A DNA stretch of 63,774 bases, filler included, from 5 parts of 5 records of this genome joined end to end with filler, not necessarily neighbours in it, one strand, 5' to 3'. Counted from the whole stretch's first letter, positions 29,115 to 39,617 are shown. Notes: generated by a model from the letters alone, not told the origin. Made by a program: numbers and translations.

Positions 29115-30236
29115 TCAGCTCTCCTGATCCGGAAGGACCGGCAGAAAATAAGTGTCCGGCGCTTCGGGGTCGAAAATTTCATGGCTCCAGAACAGGGTCA
29201 TCAACTCGGTATCGCCTACGTTGGTAATGCTGTGAGTATGCAGCGTTGGCATATCGATATAGACCGGCTGATCCCCGGACACCCGAAACTCCTTTACATG
29301 GTCATCGAACAAACGGCGCAGACGGATCACGGCTTCACCATGAATAACCAGAAAACGCTCAACTTTACCGAAGTGAAAATGGTTACCCCGGGTAATGCCG
29401 GGCTTGGTGGTTGACAGGAAAGCTTGTCCGCCATTATCCGCTTTTACCGCCTCGAACAATGAACCCCGATTATCGGTGTGCAAAGTCAACTCACAGGGAT
29501 AATGCGCCGGATAAAGAAAAGAACGCAGAGTATTGAACAACTGCAAATCGAATCTATCACGCAGGTCAGGGACAACATGACCAATATAACTGGCATGCAT
29601 GGCTGAAAGCTTGCCGGCAACTTCAGCGGCAGAGATAACACGCCCTTTCAGACGCATTTCACCGGCCTGCCCGCGCTCCACAGACTCGACAATGCGTGCG
29701 CAAATATCCTGAGCGTGGAGCAATTCCAGCATACCCCCAGCATTGATCGATAGAGGCTCTCCATCGACAACCTGTTGGCAGAAAGTAAAGACCGCAGAAT
29801 TATAGAAGGGGCGCCCACCTTCACCGAAGACATGCGGCAATACCAGGTCCGAATAGCGAGAGCCATGTGCCTCAGCCCATTCCTGAAAAACGCGACCTGC
29901 TCCTGCCTTTCCCCGGCCATAAGCGTTGTCGCGCTCTTTATGAATGGTATTGCTATAGAGCAAGTGAGGCTTGGCACTGACTCGAACGAGTGAATCAACC
30001 AGGCGATTCGCCAAGTCGATATTTCCTTGTTCCAGTTCAGCATCTTCTGCCCGATTGATGCCCGCACAGTGAACCACCACATCAGCACCAGTCAAGGCGG
30101 CATCGAGCACGGCATCATCATTGAATGCTTGCCGATCCAAAGCAACAACGGTGTCTTTCCAACCGCCCAGCACACTCAAGTGGCACTGCAAATGCCAGCC
30201 CAACAAGCCGGCAGCACCGGTAATCACCGTTTTCAT
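29115..30236 (-). CDS. fnlB: UDP-sugar epimerase/reductase with C-terminal cupin (FnlB/WbjC/Cap5F)
   Basis: TGAAGLLG Rossmann motif; DNRGSLFE, PGITRGNHFH cupin. Confidence 0.9.
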   Translation of the reverse strand: MKTVITGAAGLLGWHLQCHLSVLGGWKDTVVALDRQAFNDDAVLDAALTGADVVVHCAGINRAEDAELEQGNIDLANRLVDSLVRVSAKPHLLYSNTIHKERDNAYGRGKAGAGRVFQEWAEAHGSRYSDLVLPHVFGEGGRPFYNSAVFTFCQQVVDGEPLSINAGGMLELLHAQDICARIVESVERGQAGEMRLKGRVISAAEVAGKLSAMHASYIGHVVPDLRDRFDLQLFNTLRSFLYPAHYPCELTLHTDNRGSLFEAVKADNGGQAFLSTTKPGITRGNHFHFGKVERFLVIHGEAVIRLRRLFDDHVKEFRVSGDQPVYIDMPTLHTHSITNVGDTELMTLFWSHEIFDPEAPDTYFLPVLPDQES

Positions 30237-30302
30237 AAAAATTCCTTCTTTCTCATCCAGCCCATACCTCAGTAGGGGCAAGCATGCATGACGAACCTGG
30301 TC

Positions 30303-31307
30303 TCAACCGTTTAGCGCTTCCTGAACCTCTGGCAAGGTCAGAAGCAGCTCCTTGAGCTCTTCTTTGGTGAGCTGGTAGGTATTATGGGAGTGGTAATCTT
30401 CCGTATTTGCCTCCTCCACATCACCCTCAGTAAAAAACTTGGCATAGTTAAGATCACGATTATCGTAACTGACACGGTAATACTCCCCCATGTCATCGGA
30501 ACGCAGCAGCTCCTCTGCACTGGCCAGAGTTTCATACAGCTTTTCACCATGGCGCCAACCAATAACCCGAATCTCATTGTCCGCTTCAAAGATATCCAGC
30601 AGGGTTTCCGCCAGAAGCTGCACAGTACAGGCAGGAGCTTTCTTGATGAAAATGTCTCCCTGACTGGCGTTTTCGAAAGCAAAGGCAACCAGCTCAATAG
30701 CATCGTTCAACGACAACATGAACCGGGTCATGGTCGGCTCGGTAAGGGTCAGAGGCTTGCCTTCCTTGATCTGCTTGATAAACAGGGGAATGACCGATCC
30801 ACGGGAACACATCACGTTGCCGTAGCGCACACAGGAAATGACCGTATCATTGTCACCAAGTTGGCGACTGGAAGCCTGAGCCACCTTTTCCATCATCGCC
30901 TTGGACATGCCCATGGCGTTAACAGGCATTACCGCCTTGTCCGTACTAAGACAGACAAGACTTTTCACGCCGGCATCAACGGCACTATCAATAACATTCT
31001 GGCTGCCGATAATATTGGTCTTGACTGCTTCCATCGGGAAGAATTCACAGGAAGGAACCTGCTTAAGGGCCGCAGCGTGGAAGACCAGATCGACCCCTTT
31101 CATCGCCTTATCGACAGCAGCACGGTCACGCACATCGCCAATATAGAACTTCAGCTCCGGGCGGGAATACGCTATGCGCATTTCTTCCTGCTTGGCTTCA
31201 TCCCGGCTTAAAATACGGATTTCCGGATACCCTTCTGAAAGAAGCTTGGTGACCATTGTTTTACCGAATGATCCGGTACCGCCAGTAACAAGAACAACTT
31301 TGTTCAT
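30303..31307 (-). CDS. fnlA: UDP-GlcNAc 4,6-dehydratase/5-epimerase (FnlA/WbjB/Cap5E)
   Basis: TGGTGSFG, HAAALKQVPSCEFFPMEAVKTN, RYGNVMCSRGSVIP. Confidence 0.93.
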   Translation of the reverse strand: MNKVVLVTGGTGSFGKTMVTKLLSEGYPEIRILSRDEAKQEEMRIAYSRPELKFYIGDVRDRAAVDKAMKGVDLVFHAAALKQVPSCEFFPMEAVKTNIIGSQNVIDSAVDAGVKSLVCLSTDKAVMPVNAMGMSKAMMEKVAQASSRQLGDNDTVISCVRYGNVMCSRGSVIPLFIKQIKEGKPLTLTEPTMTRFMLSLNDAIELVAFAFENASQGDIFIKKAPACTVQLLAETLLDIFEADNEIRVIGWRHGEKLYETLASAEELLRSDDMGEYYRVSYDNRDLNYAKFFTEGDVEEANTEDYHSHNTYQLTKEELKELLLTLPEVQEALNG

Positions 31308-32473
31308 CTTCTTCCCTCTAAAAATCCTTCATGATTTCTTGCCACTCTTGCCAAAAAATCAAACGTTAACTTTGATGCTCTTGGCCATGAATAATCAGAT
31401 GCGAGAGCGCTTGCAGCTCTGCCTTTTTCAGCACGGAGCGCCTCAGACTCAATAAACTCGCCTATCGCATTTGCGATGCTTTCTGGCGATCCAACATCAC
31501 AATAAAGACCGGCATCTTTAAGAATTGATGGCATTGGCTGAAAATCAGAGCAAACCACAGGGGACGAAGACGCCATAGACTCCAAAAGTATATTTGGAAG
31601 GTTCTCGCAAGATGAAGCAAAGACAACGATATCCGAACTTCTATAAACTTCCGGTAAAGACTCAAAGCTCACCTTGCCAAAATAGGAGACAACTTCTCTG
31701 CCGAATGCATCATTAGTACTGGCAATCTTTTTCCGGACCTTTTCCCCGTACCCAGACGCCTCAGAGCCAAAAAGACAAAGAGTTAACGATGGATACTTCT
31801 CCGCCAACAATGAAATAGCATCAATTACTTCAATTTGATGTTTATACGTATTAAGCGTTGAAACATAGAAAATCTTTATATCATTGCTATTCCAGGATTT
31901 TCGATCAGTATAAGAGCAGAAGAAATCGGGATCTATTCCATGCGGAATAATTTCATTATTAACATCGGCAAAAGGAAATTGCTGACCTATCGTTTCAGCC
32001 GCATAGTTAGTCAAAAACAGGCGAGCGCTAGCTTTCTGAAAAGACCAACCTTGAAGGAAACGCAATAATTCAACCCTAAGCCTAGCCTTGCCAAGGCCTG
32101 CCGAACGTCTCTCTGATGGCAAGAATGGTTGCATGTTTTGCGACATAACCACATCAGGAACATTAACCGCTAGAGAAATCCCTCCCGGGACAAACAGAAC
32201 ATCACAAATGCGGTCAATTTCTTTTGGCAAGAAAAACCTTCTCCAGACCTGCCTATGGAAAACAGATTTATCAAACCACTCAATTGGAACCAATTCCAAC
32301 CAGGGCCTTTCTGGTAAATAGGGCAATACTCCGGGGATACCCCAAACAACGACACGACCAATACCCGATTTTTCTGGTGAGGCATTTTTTAAAATTTCGA
32401 CCAAATGCTTCAGTCCACCGCCTCCCGTGATATTTGAAGCATCAATACCCACAGTTACTGTCGCATTCATCAT
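31304..32473 (-). CDS. GT4 glycosyltransferase
   Basis: IPHGID, ENLPNILLESMAS GT-B signature. Confidence 0.88.
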   Translation of the reverse strand: MMNATVTVGIDASNITGGGGLKHLVEILKNASPEKSGIGRVVVWGIPGVLPYLPERPWLELVPIEWFDKSVFHRQVWRRFFLPKEIDRICDVLFVPGGISLAVNVPDVVMSQNMQPFLPSERRSAGLGKARLRVELLRFLQGWSFQKASARLFLTNYAAETIGQQFPFADVNNEIIPHGIDPDFFCSYTDRKSWNSNDIKIFYVSTLNTYKHQIEVIDAISLLAEKYPSLTLCLFGSEASGYGEKVRKKIASTNDAFGREVVSYFGKVSFESLPEVYRSSDIVVFASSCENLPNILLESMASSSPVVCSDFQPMPSILKDAGLYCDVGSPESIANAIGEFIESEALRAEKGRAASALASDYSWPRASKLTFDFLARVARNHEGFLEGRR

Positions 32474-33243
32474 TGGTAACCAAGCTTTTCCATTCTGGAA
32501 CCAACCCTTTTCTCAAATTCGGTCAGACATTCTTCATCAAAATAATTCCTCCAATCCCCTATGGCCCCTTTCCTTAAAAAAGACCCCTTATCTTCTTGGC
32601 CATACTTCCTGCCTGATTTATTTTTAAAAGAATGCCTCTCAACAACTTCCCTAACGACATTCAATTCAGGGTTATTGCCAGTAACTCTGAAGGTAAGATC
32701 GTTGAGTGTTTCAACTGGGTTTGTGCGTAGGTCTTCATATCTGACCCATTCAGCCGCATTCTTCTCCCATGCGTCAAAGAAATCAGACCAGTTAAACCCT
32801 GGTGATGGCGGAGTATCAAATGTCCATCTAATGAAGGCAGCCATATTTTTTTTCACATCACCATAATCGCTAACACCGAAAGATTTCCGGCATTGCTTTA
32901 TAAATGAAGGATTCACATGGCTATTCCCTATAATGCAATGATGATACCAGGACACCATCACATCTCTTGGATCCCGCCACACAACAACCGTTCTCTCAAA
33001 GCCACCCTTAATCAATGGATGCCCGTGAAATATGGATTTCCTCTTTACTGGAAAAGCGTTCCTAGGAAAATCAATTCCACATACATCGGATAGCATTTCA
33101 GCGACCCATGACCCTCCTGACTTAGGAAATTCAACCAGCCTTATCGAATCTTCACTATCCGCGAAAAATCTCATAAACAGATGCCGATAAAGCCCTTCGA
33201 GCTTCAGCAACAAACGAGATCTGTTACTATTACCTGACATCAA
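32470..33243 (-). CDS. Sulfotransferase (Sulfotransfer_1, SULT-like)
   Basis: FPKSGGSW, RDPRDVMVSWYHH, RYEDL, FLRKGAIGDWRNYF. Confidence 0.92.
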   Translation of the reverse strand: MMSGNSNRSRLLLKLEGLYRHLFMRFFADSEDSIRLVEFPKSGGSWVAEMLSDVCGIDFPRNAFPVKRKSIFHGHPLIKGGFERTVVVWRDPRDVMVSWYHHCIIGNSHVNPSFIKQCRKSFGVSDYGDVKKNMAAFIRWTFDTPPSPGFNWSDFFDAWEKNAAEWVRYEDLRTNPVETLNDLTFRVTGNNPELNVVREVVERHSFKNKSGRKYGQEDKGSFLRKGAIGDWRNYFDEECLTEFEKRVGSRMEKLGYQ

Positions 33244-33994
33244 TCTTATCCTGATAAAATTTTCTACTGACGTCAGACAAAGACACTTTATCTTTGTACG
33301 CCCTCATAAAACTTTCATCCGCCACGAATTGCTTATAAGCATCTGCATACCACTTTTTATCGCCTCGGTTGACATTAGGAATGTCAACATTCTGGCCAGT
33401 AATTTTCTCTATTTCTTTCCGACCCAAATCGGTATCAACCTTATCGTGATGAATAAAGAGGCATTTAAACCTTCCTTTTTCAGCGAAGCCCAATCCAGAT
33501 TCAACATCAAAATCAATATCTTCAAACCTAATCCCAGTAAACATCATGAACTCTTTATTAAACCAATCATCGCAAAATCTGTGCGGAAAACATGTTGAAA
33601 ATATTTCCTGAAGAACACCAATTCCTTCACTTTTAGCGTACGCCTTTTTTTTAGAAAAGTAGTGCGCATACCAAAACGGGAGATCCTGAAAGAACATTGA
33701 TATATTTCTTTCTGCCGGAGACCTTACTGGAACAATTACACAGACCTCTCTCTTCATTTTAATCAATGCTCTTTTAAAAAACCTGAAAGGCCTATAGATA
33801 AAAACTCTATAAATCAATGAATTCCGCATTTTAAAACCCGGCGGACACATCGGATTTCCATACAAGTCATGGGCATTAAGACCACATTCCAGCGAGTCGG
33901 CTAAGGCTGTAGACCCCACCTTGCCATATTGATATACAAGAACCAGATTTGGATTAAAAATAAACTTTATACGGTTCACAATTTTACGAAACAT
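33230..33994 (-). CDS. Putative capsular polysaccharide synthesis protein (NKWYS-like, sulfotransferase-like fold)
   Basis: YQYGKVGSTAL, RSPAERNISMFFQ, NRGDKKWYADAY. Confidence 0.65.
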   Translation of the reverse strand: MFRKIVNRIKFIFNPNLVLVYQYGKVGSTALADSLECGLNAHDLYGNPMCPPGFKMRNSLIYRVFIYRPFRFFKRALIKMKREVCVIVPVRSPAERNISMFFQDLPFWYAHYFSKKKAYAKSEGIGVLQEIFSTCFPHRFCDDWFNKEFMMFTGIRFEDIDFDVESGLGFAEKGRFKCLFIHHDKVDTDLGRKEIEKITGQNVDIPNVNRGDKKWYADAYKQFVADESFMRAYKDKVSLSDVSRKFYQDKIDVR

Positions 33995-34013
33995 AAATCA
34001 ATTCCAGAAATGG

Positions 34014-34898
34014 TCAGCTGAAATCACCAGCACCTATCTTTTCTTTCATCGTAACAACGTTAATAACACCAGAATCACGGAGACTTGCAAGTCGCTCCAT
34101 AAAGTCTATAAAGTACTCGGAGAAACTAGGAACCTCAGAAAGATTGAATGGATGAATCCAGAAGTGGTAATCGTCACTCATTCCTGAATTTATATACTTA
34201 CTCACCTTTCTTTTTACAACAAACTTCTTAAATTTTGATTTCCAACCAGTTGACCAGTTAAGAAACATCGAGCCGCTCAACTCCACGCCCCCCCACTCAG
34301 ATGTTTCCTTCCCGGCAGGAGGCACATAAAAAAGCTTTTCCAGCCGGCTTCTTCCATCCATTTTAGGAGGAACACGTACAGACTTTGTTCCGCTTCCAAT
34401 CAATGAATCTTTTTCAAAAACTTGGTCTCTTGGAAAAATCAATGACTCACCACTTCCACCTAAATGACACAGGACGCCATCTGCTCGTAAAATTTCCTCT
34501 TTTAAAATCTCAACTGACGCACTTTTGTGGTTTTTATGGAGGTGCGTATATGTATGCGATGAAATTTCATGCTTGGCAGAACAGTCCAATATCATCTCAA
34601 ACAAATCACGACCATAAACTGTTGTGCTTCTTGCTTGATCAGCAAAACGTTCTACCGCTGTCCTGTAATCAAGCGGCAAGTGCTCCAAGTCCCATCCGTC
34701 GCGGTCTTGCAGCATGGCCCCAACACACCCGATGGTCATGGGAATTTCCCATTTTGAGGAGTAGTCCAGCATGGTCTGGAAGTCATACCTGAGACGCTCA
34801 TATACTCCTTTACGCTCGCGAGCCAACCATAAGCCCTCTTGAAGTACTCCCCAGCCAAGCTCAAAGTCCAAGCTGATAATTACATCACTCATTACCAT
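34014..34898 (-). CDS. Polysaccharide deacetylase-like (NodB/CE4 fold) protein
   Basis: ISLDFELGWG, HEISSHTYTH, FPRD, HFWIHPFN. Confidence 0.8.
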   Translation of the reverse strand: MVMSDVIISLDFELGWGVLQEGLWLARERKGVYERLRYDFQTMLDYSSKWEIPMTIGCVGAMLQDRDGWDLEHLPLDYRTAVERFADQARSTTVYGRDLFEMILDCSAKHEISSHTYTHLHKNHKSASVEILKEEILRADGVLCHLGGSGESLIFPRDQVFEKDSLIGSGTKSVRVPPKMDGRSRLEKLFYVPPAGKETSEWGGVELSGSMFLNWSTGWKSKFKKFVVKRKVSKYINSGMSDDYHFWIHPFNLSEVPSFSEYFIDFMERLASLRDSGVINVVTMKEKIGAGDFS

Positions 34899-35820
34899 CC
34901 CCTGACATCAAGGAGTAACCAAATTTACCCATAGTTTCGCCAGCTATACGATTGAATTCACCCAGGTTCAACTGACTTTTTAAGAAGCGATCTCTACTAC
35001 CCGGATTCGTATTTTTTATCGGAAAAGACTTGTCAGCCACATACAGAATATCACCCTTCATAGAGACTAATTTTTCATCAACACCAATATGTCTAAACAG
35101 GGTTTTGACCGTTTCTTCTGGCTCAAGCACAAAATCTTCAAAGCGGATATGGAGACAGGATTCGTTATTCCCAGAAAATGCTAACAATCTCTCGTTAATA
35201 TAAGACCATTGCTCCGCGCATAGTTCCTCCGGGTAGGAGCTTTTTCCTAAAACCTTTTCTGCACGACCAACCGGCTTGGCTCGACGCATAATCCCTTCAC
35301 TTGAGCAATATCCATCCCGGGTAATAGCAATAAATTTCGCATCCGGATAAATTTCTTTTATAAATTCCAGACGAAAAGAGTGGGTAATTGACTTCTCCAG
35401 GAAAACGGTTTCATTGCGCTTGGCCCAAAAGCCCCAATCTTTGTCTAACTTCCTTCGACACTCATCTACACTAAAAAATGAATTAGGCAGGCTACGATTA
35501 TGATAAGCCATCCTAGTCCATCCTCCATGCTGCATATCAGTAAAAGCATCCGTGAATCTCACACCTTCTCGTGGCATACCCCCCACTTCCGGGTGACTTC
35601 GTATAATGTCACGGAGAATTGTAGTCCCCGAATTATAACAACCCACTAAAAAAACCATTTCATGAGGCAGGCTCTTACTATGGGTCAGCCCTATCAATTT
35701 TCTGAAATTTACTGACAAATAAAGAATAATAAAAATTTCATATAGAATATTAAAAAAAAGTCCACCACCATGCTTTCTTTTAATCTTCTCAACTTTCTCT
35801 TTAAGCATTTCCCTCACCAA
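34885..35820 (-). CDS. Sulfotransferase family protein
   Basis: FLVGCYNSGTTIL, LEKS, ITRDG, IRFEDFV. Confidence 0.85.
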   Translation of the reverse strand: MVREMLKEKVEKIKRKHGGGLFFNILYEIFIILYLSVNFRKLIGLTHSKSLPHEMVFLVGCYNSGTTILRDIIRSHPEVGGMPREGVRFTDAFTDMQHGGWTRMAYHNRSLPNSFFSVDECRRKLDKDWGFWAKRNETVFLEKSITHSFRLEFIKEIYPDAKFIAITRDGYCSSEGIMRRAKPVGRAEKVLGKSSYPEELCAEQWSYINERLLAFSGNNESCLHIRFEDFVLEPEETVKTLFRHIGVDEKLVSMKGDILYVADKSFPIKNTNPGSRDRFLKSQLNLGEFNRIAGETMGKFGYSLMSGDGNE

Positions 35821-37117
35821 TTTCTCCGCGTTTTTGCGGCTTCATCGCTAGATAAAAGATGGAAACCATAAAAAAACCAATCACGCTTCCAGAAAAATCT
35901 CCAACCATCAACGGAACCATAAAGAAAGCTATGTAAATACAGTAATCAAAGGAAGATTTTCGCTTACCTTTTCTCGTGGATTTCATTATAAAAATTTTTG
36001 ATAAAATTCCCAGAAACAACCCTCCGCAAAAAACCCCTAGCCAACTAAAGTTCCAGTAAAGCTCGACCGGAAAAGATGGAGGAATTCCAGAATCACCGCT
36101 TTTCCCATATACATCTTCAGCAAACTTTGGGCCATATCGGACCAGTGGTTTGTCTGGCCATAAACTCCGCGGAATAAAAAAATACAAGGGAGGCAAAAAT
36201 GTTTTTCCAAGCATGTGAGAACTATTTCTGGGAACCTCATCGGTTACTAACATTGCTTTATTTATAGTGAAAAAATAGTTCCCAGAAAAAATGTGACTTT
36301 CTTCAATTTTATTTATTAAGCTCTTATCCTGAACCAAATCTTCAACAGCGCCTTTATTTTTTCTCACCGAACCCATCGTCAAAATCATAGCCACAAAAAA
36401 CAAAAGCAGCACCAAATATTTAGCCGAGTCTTTCTTTTTAACCCCCCCATTCGCCGAAACAACAATTAAAGTACAAATTACTATTGTTAGAATGCTCATC
36501 CTGGTACTAAGAACAAAATAGAAAAGAGCTGCGGAAACAGCAGAAAAAAGATATATATAAAAACTTAAGACACTCTTGTTTTCATAGTAATCTATTAACT
36601 TTATCAAGCCATAAACTAGCACCACATCACCGCCCAACCTTAAGAAGCCATAAGAGCCGTCCACATTTCCATCTGTAGAAAACCTTTTTGCTGATATAAC
36701 TCCATTTTTTAAGGCACTAAAAACATCCATCACAATAAAGAATTCATACATCAGCAAAAAACCAACAGCAAAAAAAAGAAATGCAAAAACCCTTTTTTTA
36801 CCAGGACTCAGAAAATAAGGCAGGCGAGGGATAGCAAAAGAAGAGCTAATCGAAACCCAGCCAAAAAAATAGGCAGTATTAAAAATGGTTACTAGCAAAA
36901 TTCCACTCAAGTAACCACTACCAAATAATTGCAATGACCCCGAAGGCGATCCGTCAAAAAAAACCATAAACATGGTTTGTATAAAAACACCCAGCATTTC
37001 CAAGGAAATCAGGTATGTTGTTGGCGACAAAAATCCAATCCTCTCGCCAAAGAAAAAGCAGAAGAAGAGAGGCACCATCGACGCCATGGCCAAAATTAAT
37101 AACACCGCATCTTGCAT
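35801..37117 (-). CDS. wzy: O-antigen/capsule polymerase Wzy
   Basis: About ten TM segments, FIPRSLWPDKP, GIPPSFPVELYWNF; follows wzc. Confidence 0.78.
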   Translation of the reverse strand: MQDAVLLILAMASMVPLFFCFFFGERIGFLSPTTYLISLEMLGVFIQTMFMVFFDGSPSGSLQLFGSGYLSGILLVTIFNTAYFFGWVSISSSFAIPRLPYFLSPGKKRVFAFLFFAVGFLLMYEFFIVMDVFSALKNGVISAKRFSTDGNVDGSYGFLRLGGDVVLVYGLIKLIDYYENKSVLSFYIYLFSAVSAALFYFVLSTRMSILTIVICTLIVVSANGGVKKKDSAKYLVLLLFFVAMILTMGSVRKNKGAVEDLVQDKSLINKIEESHIFSGNYFFTINKAMLVTDEVPRNSSHMLGKTFLPPLYFFIPRSLWPDKPLVRYGPKFAEDVYGKSGDSGIPPSFPVELYWNFSWLGVFCGGLFLGILSKIFIMKSTRKGKRKSSFDYCIYIAFFMVPLMVGDFSGSVIGFFMVSIFYLAMKPQKRGEIGEGNA

Positions 37118-37198
37118 TATATATTTCTTAATGTATCAAAATTAATCGGACCCATTTATATGTTTATTTATGTCATAGCCGGTACCAATAAACGAAAA

Positions 37199-39409
37199 CT
37201 AATCGACTTTATATTCATAGTTATAATATCCATATAGATTTGAGGCTTTCCTCTCCATGCAATTAAGAATCGCCCCTTTAATTTCTACATTATTTTGCGA
37301 AAACCTTGTCAGCGTAACATCCACTTCTTTAACTGAGTTCACTCCAAAACGGGTAACGATAAGACTGCTACCTGCCAACTGACCAACAATAGCTGCATCA
37401 GTAACAGCCAGAATAGGCGGGGTATCGACCAGTACGATGTCGTATTGCTCACTCAGAGACCCCATGAGCACTTTGAACCGGTTATGCATGAGCAGTTCTG
37501 ACGGATTGGGTGGCACCTGCCCCCGGGGGATAAAGGCCAGGTTTTCCATTTTGGTCCCCTGGATGACTGCTTCCTGCTCTTTTTGACCAGAAAGGAAGTC
37601 GGACAACCCATCATGATTGCGATTATCAAAGAAACGGTGCATATGACCTTTGCGCATATCAGCATCAATGACTACCACCTTCTGGCCGGTTTGTGCCAAT
37701 ACCGCTGCTAGGTTCGCCGTGATAAAGGACTTGCCCACCCCCGGGCTGGGGCCAGATACCATAAGCACTTTATTGCTTGCTTCCATCATGGCGAAGTGCA
37801 GGCTGGTGCGCAGGCTGCGCAGGGCTTCAATTGCCAGATCGTTAGGGTCGTACAGAGCCAGGAGCGGTATTGGCTCTTTACTATTCTTCTTGCGACGGCG
37901 CTTTAGTGCCTCCAACCTGTCTACTTTCAACTGGTGTTCAGACAATGGGATAGAGGCATAAACCGAGATGCCTTGCTCTTCCAGCTGTTCAGGGCTTTCA
38001 ATACCACGATTGAAAGCGGCTCTAACAAGGACATAGCCCACGGAACCCATGGCGCCGAGCATGGCCGCCAGGATAGCAATCAGTGGTTTTTGGGGTTTGA
38101 CTGGCTCAGGCTGCACCAGCGCCTTATCGATAATGCGGACGCTACCTACTGTGCCCGCTTTCATGATGCGCAGCTCCTGCACCTTGTTGAGCAGGCCGAC
38201 GTAGATTTCCTGGTTCACTTCCACATCGCGCATAAATCGCAGGACTTCCTGCTGGGTTTCCGGCAAGGCCTTAATTTGTTTGTTTAACTCCTCTTTTTCC
38301 TGGATCAAGGAACTGCGCTGTTGAATCAAGGTTCGATAGGCCGGGTGTTCCTTGGTGAAGCGGGCGGACACTTCGCTTTCCTTGATTTTCAGTTCATTGA
38401 TCTTGGCTTCGATGGCAACAAGGCGCTCCAAGACTGACTGAGTTTCCAGTGACAGATCCACAGATTCGCTTTTCAGACGGTAGGCATTCAGCTTTTCTTC
38501 GGCAGTAGTGAGTTTTTCCTTGATTTCAGGAAGCTGCTCGTCGAGAAAATCCAGACTGTTTTCCGCTTCCGCAGACAAACGTTTTATATTTTGTAGCAGG
38601 TAGGTTTCGCCGATGGCATCCAGAATGGTCCGAATACGAGTTTTATTGGGGCCGGTCATGGCCAGAGCAATAATACCAGTCGATTTACCCTGTTCGTTGA
38701 CCGAGAGACGGGCTCGGAATTTGTTCACCGTATCCGCTCTCGCCTGTTTTACCAGATCGAGAGGCTCCTCACCATATTCCCATTCCCCCAGTTCCAGCTG
38801 GATTCCTCCATCTTCGCTTTTGATCAGGGTGCCGACAGGTGCACTGCCAACTTTCTGGTCTTCCATATACAGGGCTGGCTGCCCATTTTCTTCCAATAGT
38901 GTGAAGACCTTACCTTCAAGCGTTTCCGGTACTTGAAAATGTTTTATAGTGACGAAGGTTTGGCTATCCCGGTAACCGGCAAACAACGGTTTGGGCAAAA
39001 ATTCCGGTGCCGGATCTGGTGCTCCAAGGCTACCAATTAGTGGTAACCGATCAGGCTGTATAAGGATATCCAACTGCAACTGATCGATAACATCGCCAAG
39101 CACCATCCGTGAACGGATTATCTGAATCTCCGCATCAGCAGAGGACTCTTCTGTAAACAATTCATTCAGTTCGGAAAACCCGGGCACGCCCCCCTGCTTG
39201 TCTTCCACTTGCAGCAGGGCATCGGCTTTATAGATGGGGGTGGCCAGCAGGCCATAGGCCACGCCAAGACACAGAGCAATCAGCGTGGTGCCAATAATCA
39301 GCCAGCGGTGGTCGACCAGCAGCCCCCACAGACGTTGCAGGTCAATTTCATCGGCCATATTGGAGGACGATTGAGGCTGGCGTGTTGTGTTTGTTGCTTT
39401 TTCTGCCAT
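37199..39409 (-). CDS. wzc: Polysaccharide co-polymerase tyrosine autokinase Wzc
   Basis: EIDLQRL, Walker A GPSPGVGKS, IDADMRKG, DTPP, Tyr-rich C-terminal tail. Confidence 0.96.
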   Translation of the reverse strand: MAEKATNTTRQPQSSSNMADEIDLQRLWGLLVDHRWLIIGTTLIALCLGVAYGLLATPIYKADALLQVEDKQGGVPGFSELNELFTEESSADAEIQIIRSRMVLGDVIDQLQLDILIQPDRLPLIGSLGAPDPAPEFLPKPLFAGYRDSQTFVTIKHFQVPETLEGKVFTLLEENGQPALYMEDQKVGSAPVGTLIKSEDGGIQLELGEWEYGEEPLDLVKQARADTVNKFRARLSVNEQGKSTGIIALAMTGPNKTRIRTILDAIGETYLLQNIKRLSAEAENSLDFLDEQLPEIKEKLTTAEEKLNAYRLKSESVDLSLETQSVLERLVAIEAKINELKIKESEVSARFTKEHPAYRTLIQQRSSLIQEKEELNKQIKALPETQQEVLRFMRDVEVNQEIYVGLLNKVQELRIMKAGTVGSVRIIDKALVQPEPVKPQKPLIAILAAMLGAMGSVGYVLVRAAFNRGIESPEQLEEQGISVYASIPLSEHQLKVDRLEALKRRRKKNSKEPIPLLALYDPNDLAIEALRSLRTSLHFAMMEASNKVLMVSGPSPGVGKSFITANLAAVLAQTGQKVVVIDADMRKGHMHRFFDNRNHDGLSDFLSGQKEQEAVIQGTKMENLAFIPRGQVPPNPSELLMHNRFKVLMGSLSEQYDIVLVDTPPILAVTDAAIVGQLAGSSLIVTRFGVNSVKEVDVTLTRFSQNNVEIKGAILNCMERKASNLYGYYNYEYKVD

Positions 39410-39461
39410 GTTTTATTGCTCTGCTGTCTGTTTGCTGTTGGGCGTTTTTCGGAGCCCCTTC

Positions 39462-39617
39462 TAGGAGTTCCCTTCCAGGGGACGAACCCGAGCCTTGGCG
39501 AGTAAACGCCGACTACCGACCCTTCGTTTCACGCTGGAAGGGCCACTTGTTTCTTATCACCCCTTTGGATGATCTCCGCGCTGTCGCTTGGTTCGTCCCC
39601 TGGAAGGGAACTCCTAC
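39462..39617. repeat. GTAG-type REP doublet (REPIN-like)
   Basis: 27-bp perfect inverted repeat TAGGAGTTCCCTTCCAGGGGACGAACC (39462-39488 / 39590-39616); each copy has an internal hairpin; the right copy ends CTAC. Confidence 0.8.
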
